Source: Neolecta irregularis DAH-3
Taxonomy: Eukaryota
Length of the DNA stretch: 39,095 nucleotides
NCBI GenBank assembly: GCA_001929475.1
Contig: LXFE01000695.1
Coordinates: 1 to 39,095, forward strand
Direction of reading: 5' to 3'
The position numbers were made by a program, and so were the translations under genes. Position 1 is the first letter of the stretch; every line of letters starts with the position of its first letter. Shown here piece after piece: positions 1 to 11,744 of the stretch. The notes under the pieces were generated by a model, which saw nothing but the letters and a program-made list of their open reading frames with translations, was not told the DNA's origin and ran no database searches.

Positions 1-181
1 CCCATTTCCGCTCTTGTTAGATAGCCAATAATATTACAATTCTTCTGATACCGATCTCCAAAGATCCGGAAGACCGATATCTCCGTGCTCACCAATATAC
101 ACCCAATCTATTACGACAACTACAACAACTACCAAACCACAATCCTTAAGCTACAACCAGCGTGTGACATACTCGACACAA
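1..181 (+). repeat. Partial copy of a dispersed LTR-like repeat (matches 36839-37019), cut off by the window edge and the N gap
   Basis: Direct alignment by eye: 181 nt with 3 substitutions versus 36839-37019 (gatccgg/gatcagg, caatatac/caatttac, acgacaac/acaacaac). Confidence 0.9.
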
Positions 182-191
182 NNNNNNNNNN
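182..191. other. Assembly gap (10 N)
   Basis: Run of n in the sequence; base composition switches abruptly from AT/AC-rich to GC-rich across it. Confidence 0.99.
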
Positions 192-446
192 TACCGACGA
201 CCCCGCCGTCCCTTCAAGCGACCCCGCCTCGGCCTCGCGGGCTGCCTGCGCAAACTGCACAAAGGCCGCTTGTGCCGCAATCGCCGCGTCGGGCGGGCGG
301 CAGGACGCATCTGGCGGGCGGCAGGACGCATCCGCAGAGCGCACCAGCCCTGCTGCCAGCGCCGACACGGCCATGCGCAATGTCGCCAGCTCCCGCTGCA
401 GCTGCTCCACCCGGCTCAGGCGCGATCTGGTGGTGCAAGACATCAT
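192..446 (-). CDS. Possible 5' part of a hypothetical protein, truncated by the gap
   Basis: Open frame MMSCTTRSRLSRVEQLQRELATLRMAVSALAAG... with a coiled-coil-like start and an in-frame 21-nt duplication (DASCRPP x2). It is divergent from the helicase ATG at 495. GC-rich DNA gives many spurious ORFs, so support is weak. Confidence 0.35.
292..332. repeat. Tandem duplication, period 21 nt (ggcgggcggcaggacgcatc x2)
   Basis: Identical 20-mers at 292-311 and 313-332. Confidence 0.9.
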
Positions 447-494
447 CCGCTATCCGCCGCGCCATAAATTTTTCACTCCTTCTCTTTCTGCCCC

Positions 495-3400
495 ATGCTC
501 CGCCGCACTGCCGCCCTGCGGCCCCGCCTCCCACCCGCGCTCTTCCGCACACAGGCCACTAAACAGCGCTCCAGAAAAGACCTGCAGTCCCCCCTCCCGC
601 CCTCGCCAGAGACCGTCTACGACAAATCCAAACTCTTCGACAGCGTGCAGTCCCTCGTCGCCTCGAAAAATCTGCCCCGGGTCAACAACTACGACGCAAA
701 ATCAACAATTACACGGGCCCTCGGCCTCTCAACATACAACGTCTCCAAACGCAGACTCGCAACTTCCCAATCCTGCCCCTGGGCCTGGGAGGCCCTCGTA
801 GACATCCGCATCGACAAGTCCCGCTGCCTAGAGTCCCTTGGCCACGGCCCCTCCAGTGCAGATGCAGTCGCTTGCGCTTGGTTACACGCCCTCTTGGAAA
901 TCTACTCCTCCCCTTTGATCGATCAGCTGCACGACCCAAACGATCCCCTGCGTACTTCCTCCGTCACAGACACCCTCTGGTCCTCAGAACAGGATGCCCT
1001 CAAAGACGTCTACGACTACTGCGGCCGCTTTGACGAAACTCCCCTCATAAACAGAAGTAACCCCCGCCGCGACCAAGAAATTACGGTGGAAATATCCCTG
1101 CCAACTCAAAATATAATTGCCCGTGGCGCCTCAAAAAGTGTCATAAACGCCCACATCCTCGCCGCAATCGCCTTCAAACAGGCTGCTGAAGAATACCACA
1201 AAGAACACGGCCAGTCAGACCTCCTCGTCAAAGACCTCTCTCATCTCTCTACCCAAACAGCAATGACGTTTCTCGAATTCAGATCAATGAAACTCAGACT
1301 CTCCCATCCCCGCTCCACCCTCCACAAATCCCCCATTAAAGGCCTCTGGGCCGCTTCAGTCTCCATCGCAGACAAGGAACTCGGCTCCGTAGATATGACC
1401 TCAAAAAAACACGCTGAAGAAGTCGCATACCTCGTCGCCGCAATAGAAGTAAAAAAAGAAGAACCAGACCTCTATAACGACTTTCTTAAAACAATAGCTT
1501 CTTCCGGTGGCCATCTCCTCAAACCCCTCAAACCTTTCGATACAGAATTTGATAGAGACACCTTTGACGCCATGGACGACACCCTCTTTCACCTAAAACG
1601 CCTCGGTTGGAACCCATCACACTCCCTTCCCCTGCCATCCATCACTCAACAAGATATCGGAAAAAGAATGAAACCCGCTAAACGCTTTTCCCAACCAGAA
1701 CTTGGCTGCAAATCATTTCTCCTCAAAGCAAAATTGGAAGCTTACCATGCAAACGAAAACATCGCAGAATTGCGCGCCAAAAGAGCAGCACTCCCCATGT
1801 CGGCATACAAACAACAACTCCTCGATCTCGTCAAGGACAATCCGGTTTCTGTTGTTATAGGCGCTACAGGCAGCGGCAAAACTACTCAGGTATTATCATT
1901 TCAAACTAGACTAATACTAGCTACCCCAAATCATACTAGACAATGAAATTCAAGCCTGCAACGGCAGTCGCTGCAATATCATCTGCACCCAGCCTCGTCG
2001 CATAGCAGCGACCTCGGTAGCCTTGCGCGTTGCCAACGAGAGAAACGAACGACTCCAAGAAACCGTTGGCTACCAGGTTCGATTCGATTCAAGACCTCCC
2101 CAACCCAACGGAAGCATCTCGTTCTGCACTACCGGCGTTCTCCTTCGCCAATTGCAAGAATCAATCACCGAAACTCTTCGTGATGTCACGCACATCATCA
2201 TCGACGAAGTCCATGAACGCGACATTCAAATCGACTTTTTGCTAGTCATTCTCAAACGAATGCTAAAAGATCGCCTAGACAAAAATATTCAGGCACCCAA
2301 AATCGTCTTGATGAGCGCTACCATCGACTCCAACCTCTTTACTGAATATTTTCAAGATCTTTTTCCAAAGGGTACTGCCTGTCCTAAAATAGATATTCCC
2401 GGTCGCACGTTCCCTGTTGCGTCCCACCATCTCGATGAAATAAACGCAGACTTGAAATCGAGATATCCGGTTGCCCGAGCCCCGCTTTTATACGATGCCG
2501 ATTCAAATATTTTCCTCGACCGCGAACAAGAATTTAAATTAAAAAATGATCGATCTATCGACGTCGTTGATCAAGCGGAAGACCGGGATATAGGCGCCCG
2601 GATAAATTGGGATGGTAAAAGTGTAATCGGATTCAATGGTCTAATTCAACTTTCTACATCTCAAGACGACGCTAGAATACCGTACGGGTTGATGGCTACG
2701 CTTATTGCCCATATCGCTGCAACTACAACCGAAGGCTCAATCTTGGTTTTTCTGCCGGGTCTCGTAGAAATTACTAATCTGCACAATCTACTCGTTAGAA
2801 AACCGGTCCTCGATGCAGATTTAACGGATACGGAGAGGTATAGGATATACATGTTACATTCTTCCATCCCGCAAATGCAACAAGAAGTCTTTGATAAACT
2901 ACCTCCTGGCGTCCGAAAAATCATCCTCTCTACAAATATTGCAGAAACATCAATCACGATTCCAGATGTAGTGTTTGTTGTAGATAGTGGGAAACACCGC
3001 GAATTAATGTATGACCAGACTTCACGGATGTCGAGTTTGGCGTGTACTTGGATTAGTAAAAGTAATGCCCGGCAACGAAGTGGAAGAGCAGGTCGCGTAC
3101 AACATGGCCATTATTATTCAATGATGACTAATGAACGATTCGATTCTTTGCAGATTGCTTGTCAACCGGAAATTCTTCGAGCGGATTTACAGAAAATTTG
3201 TTTGGATATAAAGTTACTTGGAATGGGCGATTCCGTTGAAACGGTGCTGTCAGAGGCTATCCAGCCGCCAGATCCCGTGGCTGTGGTTACTGCTGTACAA
3301 CATTTAATGGCGCTGGACGCCATGGATTCTAGCGAAAATTTAACTCCACTAGGACGGGTTCTCGCCGTTTTGTACGTGTCCCTTGAACATCTCGACTAAT

Positions 3401-4832
3401 TGCCAGGCCAGTCGAACCTTCGCTTGGAAAAATGGTTCTTTTGGGAGTTATTTTCAAATGCCTGGATCCAGTATTAATCCTCGCCGCGTCAATCGGCACC
3501 AAAGACCCGTTTCTCTGTCCCCCACACGCTCGAGCACAAGCCGAAAGCAGTAGATTGAATTTCACTCAAGGTTCTAAATCAGATCAAATTGGTCTGTTGA
3601 ATGCATTTACACAATGGCGTCAACTGAAATCTCTTCCAAACAGTCGACAAGCACAATCTGAATTCACATTCAACAATTTCTTGCATAGAAATTCATTATC
3701 CACAATAGACCAAATCGCAAGACAAATACTCGAATTGCTAATAAAAGCAAATCTAGTAAAACCAGATCGCACCATGAGTCAAAATTTCCGGTTTGGACCA
3801 CCCGAAATGAACGTTAATTCCGAATCTATACCGTTGTTGAGGTCGTTGTTGACGGCCGGATTGTACCCAAACATCGCATGCAAAATATCAGAGTCGAAAA
3901 AGGGGTTACGAACTCTGCATAATTCGTGTTCTTTAATTCATCCTTCTTCGGTAAATTCCATGCGAAGGCAAAGAGCACATGAAACAAAATCATCGCCGCT
4001 GTTTTATACTTTTAGCTCTAAAATGAAGGCCGCTGACGAGTCTTCTCGTGCTGTGTTTCTACGATCAACGACCGCCGTTGATCCGTTGAGTTTACTAGTT
4101 TTCGGGAGACAACTTGAGCAAAAAGGATGGGTGTTGACTGTCGATCAATGGTTGCCATTTTACGTTAAAGGTCGAAGTTGTGGTGTTATACTGGATTTCA
4201 GAGAAGCAGTGTACAGTGTACCTCGTCCCACTGGAATTAATACTAATTACAAGATTCTGTCTACTACTTTTGCAAGGCTTGGTCAGCAGCAATTCAACGC
4301 GTTGTCCGATGACGATGAAAATGAACGGTCATTGGGCATGTCAAGTCCCAGTTACTCCCGCTTTGAACGATCCGCAGAAATAGATTGCGAAATTCGTCGA
4401 CGCGAACAATTGACACAAGGCTTTGTACAAACTTTGGAAATTTTCGATAAAATGATAAATCCAGTTTCAGACTCGGATCGACCTTCTAATCGGAATTTTT
4501 CCAGAGAGCCCAGAGAACATTTCAAACCTATTGACAATAAATTGGAACCTGATGGGTTTGTATCTAATTGTAAACGTCCAAATCAGGAATTCCATCCAAA
4601 TAACTTTCTGTCAGACTTGCTCGAATCGGATAGTGCAAAAATGAGGAGATCAGTTGATACAAACCCTGCAGTCAAACTACGCGAATTTCTGTCAGACTTG
4701 AACGAATCGGGTAGTGCAAAAGTACCGACCATGAAGAGAACAGATGATCAGTCGTCAAACAATCGTCCTTCGCCATTGGGATCAAGAGAGGATTATAATC
4801 CTCGTCCCAGTCTCCTTAAAGCGGCAATGTAA
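495..4832 (+). CDS. DEAH/RHA-family ATP-dependent RNA helicase (DHX30/DHX36/RHA-like) with a putative mitochondrial presequence and dsRBD-like N-terminal region
   Basis: Motifs GATGSGKTTQ|LPQ, TQPRRIAA, DEVHER, MSAT, STNIAETSITI, QRSGRAGR, then HA2/OB-type regions. Introns 1890-1920 (31 nt), 3372-3406 (35 nt) and probably 4218-4253 (36 nt, in frame). Confidence 0.9.
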
Positions 4833-4946
4833 AAACGAAATAGAAATATAAAATGCTGGAGTATAACATTGACCGGAGTTACCGAGTGGAATATACATCG
4901 TCTATTTGTTTTTCTCCCACTTCTTTCTGTTATCCTCTCATAGAAA

Positions 4947-7084
4947 TTATATATTAGGTGAAACTCGATCTAGTTGTATCATTTTATCAACGTCTTCTTC
5001 GACTATCGCGGTTATATATGATCGTGCTTCTAACGCTGCCCAGAATTTCAACCAGGTAAATATATTACCATTTGATCTCAACAGCTTGGAACCGCTTGTA
5101 GTTCCTACTTCTCGGAGAATAGGCAATGCACTAGACCATCAGTAAATACAGATACAAATATTGGACCTTTGGAATAAGTCCATATTTGGATCTAGTTGTC
5201 TTCCGATACCTTCGAGAAGTAAACAACTAATCACAACGTTTATGAAATCTCCTTCCATTCGTACATGGTGACTTCTCACCATTCTCAAAATTTCATTAAG
5301 AACATCGGAAATCTTGATTTTGCCAAGTGTAAATGTCCGGCTTTTTACACTTAATATTAAATTCTGCATTTTCAACGCGAAAATGTGCTTGTCGATTACT
5401 GCGTCCGGCTGTCGACATCTCTCACACATTAATTTTCCAGCTCTGTACCCGTCAAATTCACAAATCGCTTTAAATAAATCGAGAAAATTGGCTCGGTTCA
5501 CGTCGTTTAATTCAGTTACTAGACCCGTATCGATGAATATTAGTCGCGGATGAAAACCATCTTGTTCAAGACGTTGTAATTCTATATTCCATTCTAAAGG
5601 ATTTCTTTTATGCGGTTGGAGACGTTTTATAGCTTGAGATGTAGCTTCATACGCATCCATTGCGGAATCGTTGCCTCGGCTCGTAAATGATATAGGGTTT
5701 TTCTTTCTGTAAAATGAAACCATGATATTACCTGGATGAAGATCTGCGTGAATAAAATTATCAATAAGCAACATGTGCTAAAACTGTAAAGACTATTTTC
5801 AACTGGGAATGCAAACCAGGAAGGCATCAAGTCCCATATCAGCCATCGCTTTATCAAAAGTTCCACATCCGTTTTCAAGAAAATGGCTCAACGGCAGTCC
5901 ATGAGAAAATTCCTCAAATAATACTTGACGAGTCGTATAGTCGGCGTACGGTGTAGGAAACGTCGCGGTTTTCCTATCCTTGAAGTTGTTTTGAAAAGTA
6001 CCCAGATTGTGGGCTTCAATACGCAAGTCGAGTTGAAGACGCATCATTTCTCCAAATTTATCAACCTCGTCGGGAAGTGAAAGCCATTCTAGTGTAGGTA
6101 CAGCGTTGATCAAATTGGCAAAGAATTTCATAATCCGTAAATCTCGATGGATTAGCTTTTCCACTCGAGGATGCAGGACTTTAATTGCAACCCACGGCGA
6201 TGCCTGTTCGTCAAGTGGTGAAGAAACTGGACCGGTCAGCATTTTCAATCTTTTAGATTTCGAAGACTGGCGAACTGCTACTAGATCCGGTTTCAATTTC
6301 GCTCGGTAGACCTGGTTAATAGGGTAAGAACTTGGATCACTCCATTCATACCTGAGCAATCGCACCCACACCCAGCAATTTCTCATCAAATTCCTCGAAT
6401 ATTTCATAAAATTCCTTACCTCCAAAGGCCTTTCTGATAATCCTCTTGGTAGCCCAAAGTGGATGCGCTTTCGCATTCGAGTGTAATCCAGACATCAATT
6501 CACATAATTCTTCGGGAAATATATCCGTTCGCGAGGCTGCCCATTGTCCCAACTACTCCAATCAGTAAACTCATTCCATGATTCACCAAGACTTTGATAA
6601 ACGAGGGTCCGGCTCGTTCTAATTGACAAACGAAAAATTTGTACCACCACAGCGAACCCCACGCTAAAGGTAAAGTAGCCAAAACTGGACCAAAAAGGAA
6701 AACGAGATGAATGAAGCGAAAAGTGGTGGCAATTGGTTCGATTAACCAACGTGATAAATATAATCTGATAGTATGAGCGATTCTTTGAAGAATATTCGCG
6801 TCAGGAGGAATGTCAAGATTCAGTTCTTCCCACTCTTTCTCTGACAGTTCAAAGAGTTGTTCCTCTGATCGTGAATCGCAACATATTGTCCCGCCAGCTC
6901 CAAGAAGAGAAAACAACCTTGCTGCTTGAGCATGGCGAGAATATCGAGGCCTTGGAAGCTGTTTCAATCGCGTAAACCCTCTCGATCCAATCACTCGAGC
7001 TCGAATGCTCACTTGGATACTCCGGAATATAACCAGGCGTGGCGAAAACTTTAGGGGAAGTAATCCCACTTGGACGCATGACAT
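4947..7084 (-). CDS. ABC1/UbiB-family atypical kinase, Cqd1(YPL109C)/ADCK2-like, mitochondrial
   Basis: ERAGPSFIK|LGQWAASRTDIFP, GVGAIAQ|VY, VAIKVLHP, DNFIHADLHPGN, IFIDTGL. Four short introns (e.g. 5131-5166). The spliced end reads ...DRVSPNI* (stop 4947-4949). Start ATG uncertain. Confidence 0.85.
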
Positions 7085-7340
7085 GGAGGTCAATCCCAAA
7101 TCCACCCGAGACAACTAGTTCAGTGTCGTCATAGTTACAACACATGAATAATCCTAGATAGATACTTGATAAAGTAATTTACAGCGGAAACACTTTGCGA
7201 AAACAAAAAAACTGCAAAGAATGACTTTGACAAAAGATACTGCACCATAAACCAGCTCCAAAGATATTGGCCAACCCCATTGAATAAAATGAAAAAGGAA
7301 AGATCGTCCGCGGTAAACCTGGTTAAAAGAGTGCGTGGCT

Positions 7341-10300
7341 TTACGTCTCACTCTCCTCATTCAAAGAATCCCCTTCAAAACACCACTCTCGAGCGGATTC
7401 GACAAGAATTCGAATACTCTCCACTCGATTTGCCCACATTGCTTCAGTAGGCGTTCTAATACAGTTAATAGGCTCCACAGTGTAGGTGGATACCTAAACG
7501 TCCATGCACGTTGACAGAGGATGACTTGCATTTGCTGAATGGCTTGTTTCAATCCATCCCTCTTAAAATGTGCAGGTTGTTTAATACTCTCACAGGCCAA
7601 TGACAAATCGTCATCTAACGAAGCGAAAATCTCCGAATCCCAACTCAGGGGGACGTTCGTCGGAGGAACAGGGAACACATGGCCAGCGTTGCCTCCACTC
7701 AAGTCGGACGGCGGTGAACTACCCTGGCGATGTACTGAGGGGTTCAGCAGAGATCCTCTCGCCATCCCTTGCAAAATACTTCGAGTCTCATTGAGCAGTC
7801 GTTGCGCTGGTCCGTATTTCTGTCTATCGACCAAACCAATCGCTCGGGCAAGCATATCAGAGGCAAGCAGCTCGACTCGTCGCTGCATAATTGCTGAATG
7901 TGGGGGAATACCATTACTGAATATCGTATCCAATTCGTTGGATTCAGGAGCTGGCTCTGCGGGAACCATGCTTAGGACCAGAAGCTGAGGTTGAGGAAGT
8001 CTATGGACAAATTTATCTTTAACTGGATCCGTCCAGGATAGGTTGACTGAGAAGATTGGTGCTTCTTCAATTAAATCCCCGGTGTCAAGTTCATAGCCAA
8101 CTTCTCCGACCGCTTCGAGACCTGATCGAATTGCTTCCCATGGGTCATCATGCATGGCGGACTTGTCCACTCTCTTCATATCTGTTTCGACAATGAGCTG
8201 GACGAGAATGTCCTTCTTATCACCGAAACGCAAATCACCAATTTCTGCTTCCGCCTCTCGACCATTTGCTCTAACGAGACACCTGTGAGCGCCAGAAACT
8301 TTGGCAAAATGGGCATGTGATCCTTCAGGTGTTCGGAGTTTAACTTTAAGCCTTTGATGAGAGAGATGTTGCAGACCGCCAAGACATCCCGCGACTGATT
8401 CTCGAAGCATGTACCAATCTTTAACATACGTATATGAACCACCGGTTTCACTTGCCAGATCTGCAAGTAGCCGAGGAACATGAGTCATTCCATAGCCAAA
8501 AGAATAGATCGCACTTCTTGAAATTCAATAGGAGGTCAAATTGGTTACATACTTGACGAGCTCTGCACGATTCAGGATAAAGTCTTTACCTTCTTCACCG
8601 GTGGGATCAGTTGTAGTTGGACAATCACTTATTAACAAAATATTGGCCAATGGATTTTTGGCTTTTCGTTGCATGAGAAGGTCCAGAGCTATACCATCAG
8701 TACAGCATCACTCAGAGCCCAAAGTACCTTGATTAATGCCATCAACTACATCTGAAGCATTTTTAACGTTCTTTGAACCAGCGCGAATCTTGTCAACGGC
8801 TTTTTCCCACTGAGCCCAACTCTTTCTCATAAAGCCCGTTTGAATCTCTGCGCCATTTTCAGAACCAAACAAAACAATCGCAATTCTATCGCGATCTCCC
8901 ATATTATGAGTGATAAATCGCAACGTGTCTTTAAGCAAAGACATCTTAAGACCTTGCATAGAGGTTGCAGCAGATGCTACAACCACGATGTCTAGAGGAA
9001 TATGGTGTTCGCCGAATAAGGGACCACCGGTAGTATTATATCTTCCATACGCATTATATGTTGGAGCCGTGAGGGCGGTGAACGCAGATGGTGTTATTGA
9101 TGCACGGTTTCGAGCAAAAAGGCTATTCTTTGAGAAAATTGTTCGAGTTTCCGAGCCAATAATTGAGCCTACATCGTCAAATTCACGACAATCATCACCG
9201 TCTTCAAAGTGACTGTATCGTCGATTGTCGTTTCTTGGATCAAGCGTATCTCGATCGGGTTCTTGTTGATCTTGGCCTAAAAGTGCTGACTTCCATTGTT
9301 GCAATTGAGATATAGCGGAGAAATTGATACTAAAGGATTCTAGATCATCGGTATCTAGTGTCATTGTAAGTGACAGTTCACCTTATCATTAACAAGCTAA
9401 AAAGAGGCAAAGGATTACCTCCAGCACTGGTGTCGACAACTCGTTGAATATGCTGAAGATAGATTGAGCCTTTCAGGGTATATTTGAAAGTTTCTTTCTT
9501 TCTTCCCCAAGTTGAGGGCGACTTCTGCTTCAAACATAACATGAGTTTCTCAAACAAGAAAACCTCAAATTCTCTCGACGATCCATTCATTCCAACAGCC
9601 AACACATCCCACATACGTAATTTTCCAGCTTGATGGATATTAATGCCACGCCAATTGATGACACTGTTTTTGAGATTCTCAAGTATAACTGTTTGGTTTG
9701 GAGGTGGGACATTTGGGACTTTGAGATATGATATCGCCTCTTGTTGAGATTTAATGTGTAGTTGTTGGGTGGACCGTTTGTCTGTCGACTGAGTGACTGA
9801 ACGGGCGTCATTCCCTTGTTTCTCGTCTGACATTTGCGAGCGAAACTCAGGGAAGCCAGAACTTACATGGAGTGAATCAGATAAACGTCTTCGAGCCGGT
9901 ATTTCGATAGTAACGAGACATGTTATACTTTGCGAATCTGGTCGACGAGTAATTGTAGGAAATTCTGAGCGAATGGTAACTCTGGGTCGTGGAATTTCAA
10001 GTTTCAGTGTTCGTGTATCAACTGGATTCTCCAGTTCTTGAGCATCCATGACGTTCAACGCACCTTGAATTGCTTTCACATTACTAGGACGGACTTGGCT
10101 ACTGGTGTGATAATTATCAGATCTTGTTCGCGTTGCCTTTTGGGAATACGAATCTACTTGATTAATCGACGACATTCGTTCACTCATACCAGGAGTTTGT
10201 CTTTTCGCGCCGCCTTTTAGGTTGAGTGGTTTACTACAAATCGCACATTGATTGAACTCTTTAGAAAACTCATGGAAACAATCTTCGTGCATTACATGTG

Positions 10301-10646
10301 TACAATCTATCGGTTCTATGACTCGTTCTCCTGGAAGGTTGTGAGCCAGTGATTCGCTTTCAATCAGTTCTGATGCTGTGAATACCATGAAATACCCGCA
10401 GACCGCACATTCGGCCTTTGAATGATTCGTATGCATATTAAAAGCACCATCGCTTTCTTCTGCTTTCCGTGCATGACTTGATGAAGGAGGAGCTCGATGA
10501 ATTCCCGATAACCCCTGATCTCGAGGGGACGTTTGGCGCAAAGCGGGAAGCTGCGATTCTAGAGGAATCGGCGTATTGAAGTAGCTGTTCTGACTTTTGT
10601 TTGACTTGGAGCTGAAGAAGTCGCGTCTTCTCCCAAAGAGCGACAT
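7341..10646 (-). CDS. RING-H2 + PH-like + von Willebrand A domain protein (Far1/Ste5-like architecture)
   Basis: CAVC...CTHVMHEDC...CAIC RING-H2; PH-like segment (LRMWDVL..EVFLFEKLMLCLK..YTLKGSIYL); VWA segment (PLDIVVVAS..SMQGLKMSLLKDTLRF..DRIAIVLF..ILLISD..SFGYG). About 6 short introns. The last exon ends ...NEESET* at 7341. Confidence 0.8.
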
Positions 10647-10813
10647 TGAGTAGGGAGGAATATGTCTGCAAGGAATGAAAAATGTCCTTCGCGTCCCCTG
10701 ACGCGAATCCTATGATTTAAGACCTCTGCCGGATACTATAAGTCACAGACAAATAGCCTCAGGTCGAGAAGGGTCGGAAACAAATCAGAGAGCTGCAATC
10801 CGGTATTCTTTAT

Positions 10814-10845
10814 GCAGAAGCAGCAGCAGAAGCAGCAGAAGCAGC
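10814..10845. repeat. Imperfect (GCA/GCAGAA)n microsatellite upstream of the RING-VWA gene
   Basis: gcagaagcagcagcagaagcagcagaagcagc seen directly. Confidence 0.75.
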
Positions 10846-11744
10846 GTAGACAGGGCAGAACAATGCTGCCTGCTGCGAGGCTCAGACAAGAGCGGTATCA
10901 GGGCACAGAGTAAGGTATTTCATATGAACTCCTCTAGTGCCCAAGTCGGCCCTGTGCTCCATATTTAGAGAGCAACTAGCGTGCTTCAGGTCTAGTGTCT
11001 CCAGGGGACGAAATCTGGGACAGCAAAGAATACACTGAGCTGCAAAGTTTGCTATGATACAAGCAGATGTGCAGAGTTAAGCATTTCGTCGCGGGCTAGA
11101 TGCCGAAGAGTGCGATGAGTAGTGTGAGTAGTGAGTTCAGTGAGACACCAAGATCATCCCGATTCTTGTCCAGAATGCGTCCGTTACAGCAGCAGTTTAA
11201 GAACCGTCGCGATCTTATGGTCTGCGTTACTGCTACCAGCGATATGCAGACGGAACCAAGATAGCTGAATTGCCGAGAGAAACCACATCTGTGGAAGTAT
11301 TCTTGCTGTATCACCAGTCGCGCTTGCTCACATGTGACGAATTCGACCGATGGGACAAGAGTTGCTAGCAGACACTACAATTGAGGTCGCGATGTCTGAT
11401 TTGGACTGGAAAATCTATAAAGATCCTTGTAAGAATGTCACTATCTTTGTGCAGTTGGTGTGCCATATCTGAAAGACCTAGCTATTCCCCGCGCTCCTAT
11501 ATATAGATATAGGGCTTGAATTCTGGGGAAGGTTTCGATGGTTCGGCTTTTCAAGGGGACAGTCATTACTGTACGTCATTCCAACCGAGACAACAGTGAG
11601 GGACTAGCAATCCAAGAGCACGAAGACAATGAAAAATTTATCAATAAGGCAGAAATCTTTTTGCTGGACGAGGACACAGTTTGATTGATATTGCACGCTT
11701 AAAAGAAAGTACAGCTACATTCAATTGCCCGAAACATAAACAAC

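Noticed and set aside
85-801. 238-aa plus-strand ORF and other overlapping ORFs near the start
   Set aside because: They span the N gap, join repeat DNA to GC-rich DNA, and overlap the helicase in another frame.
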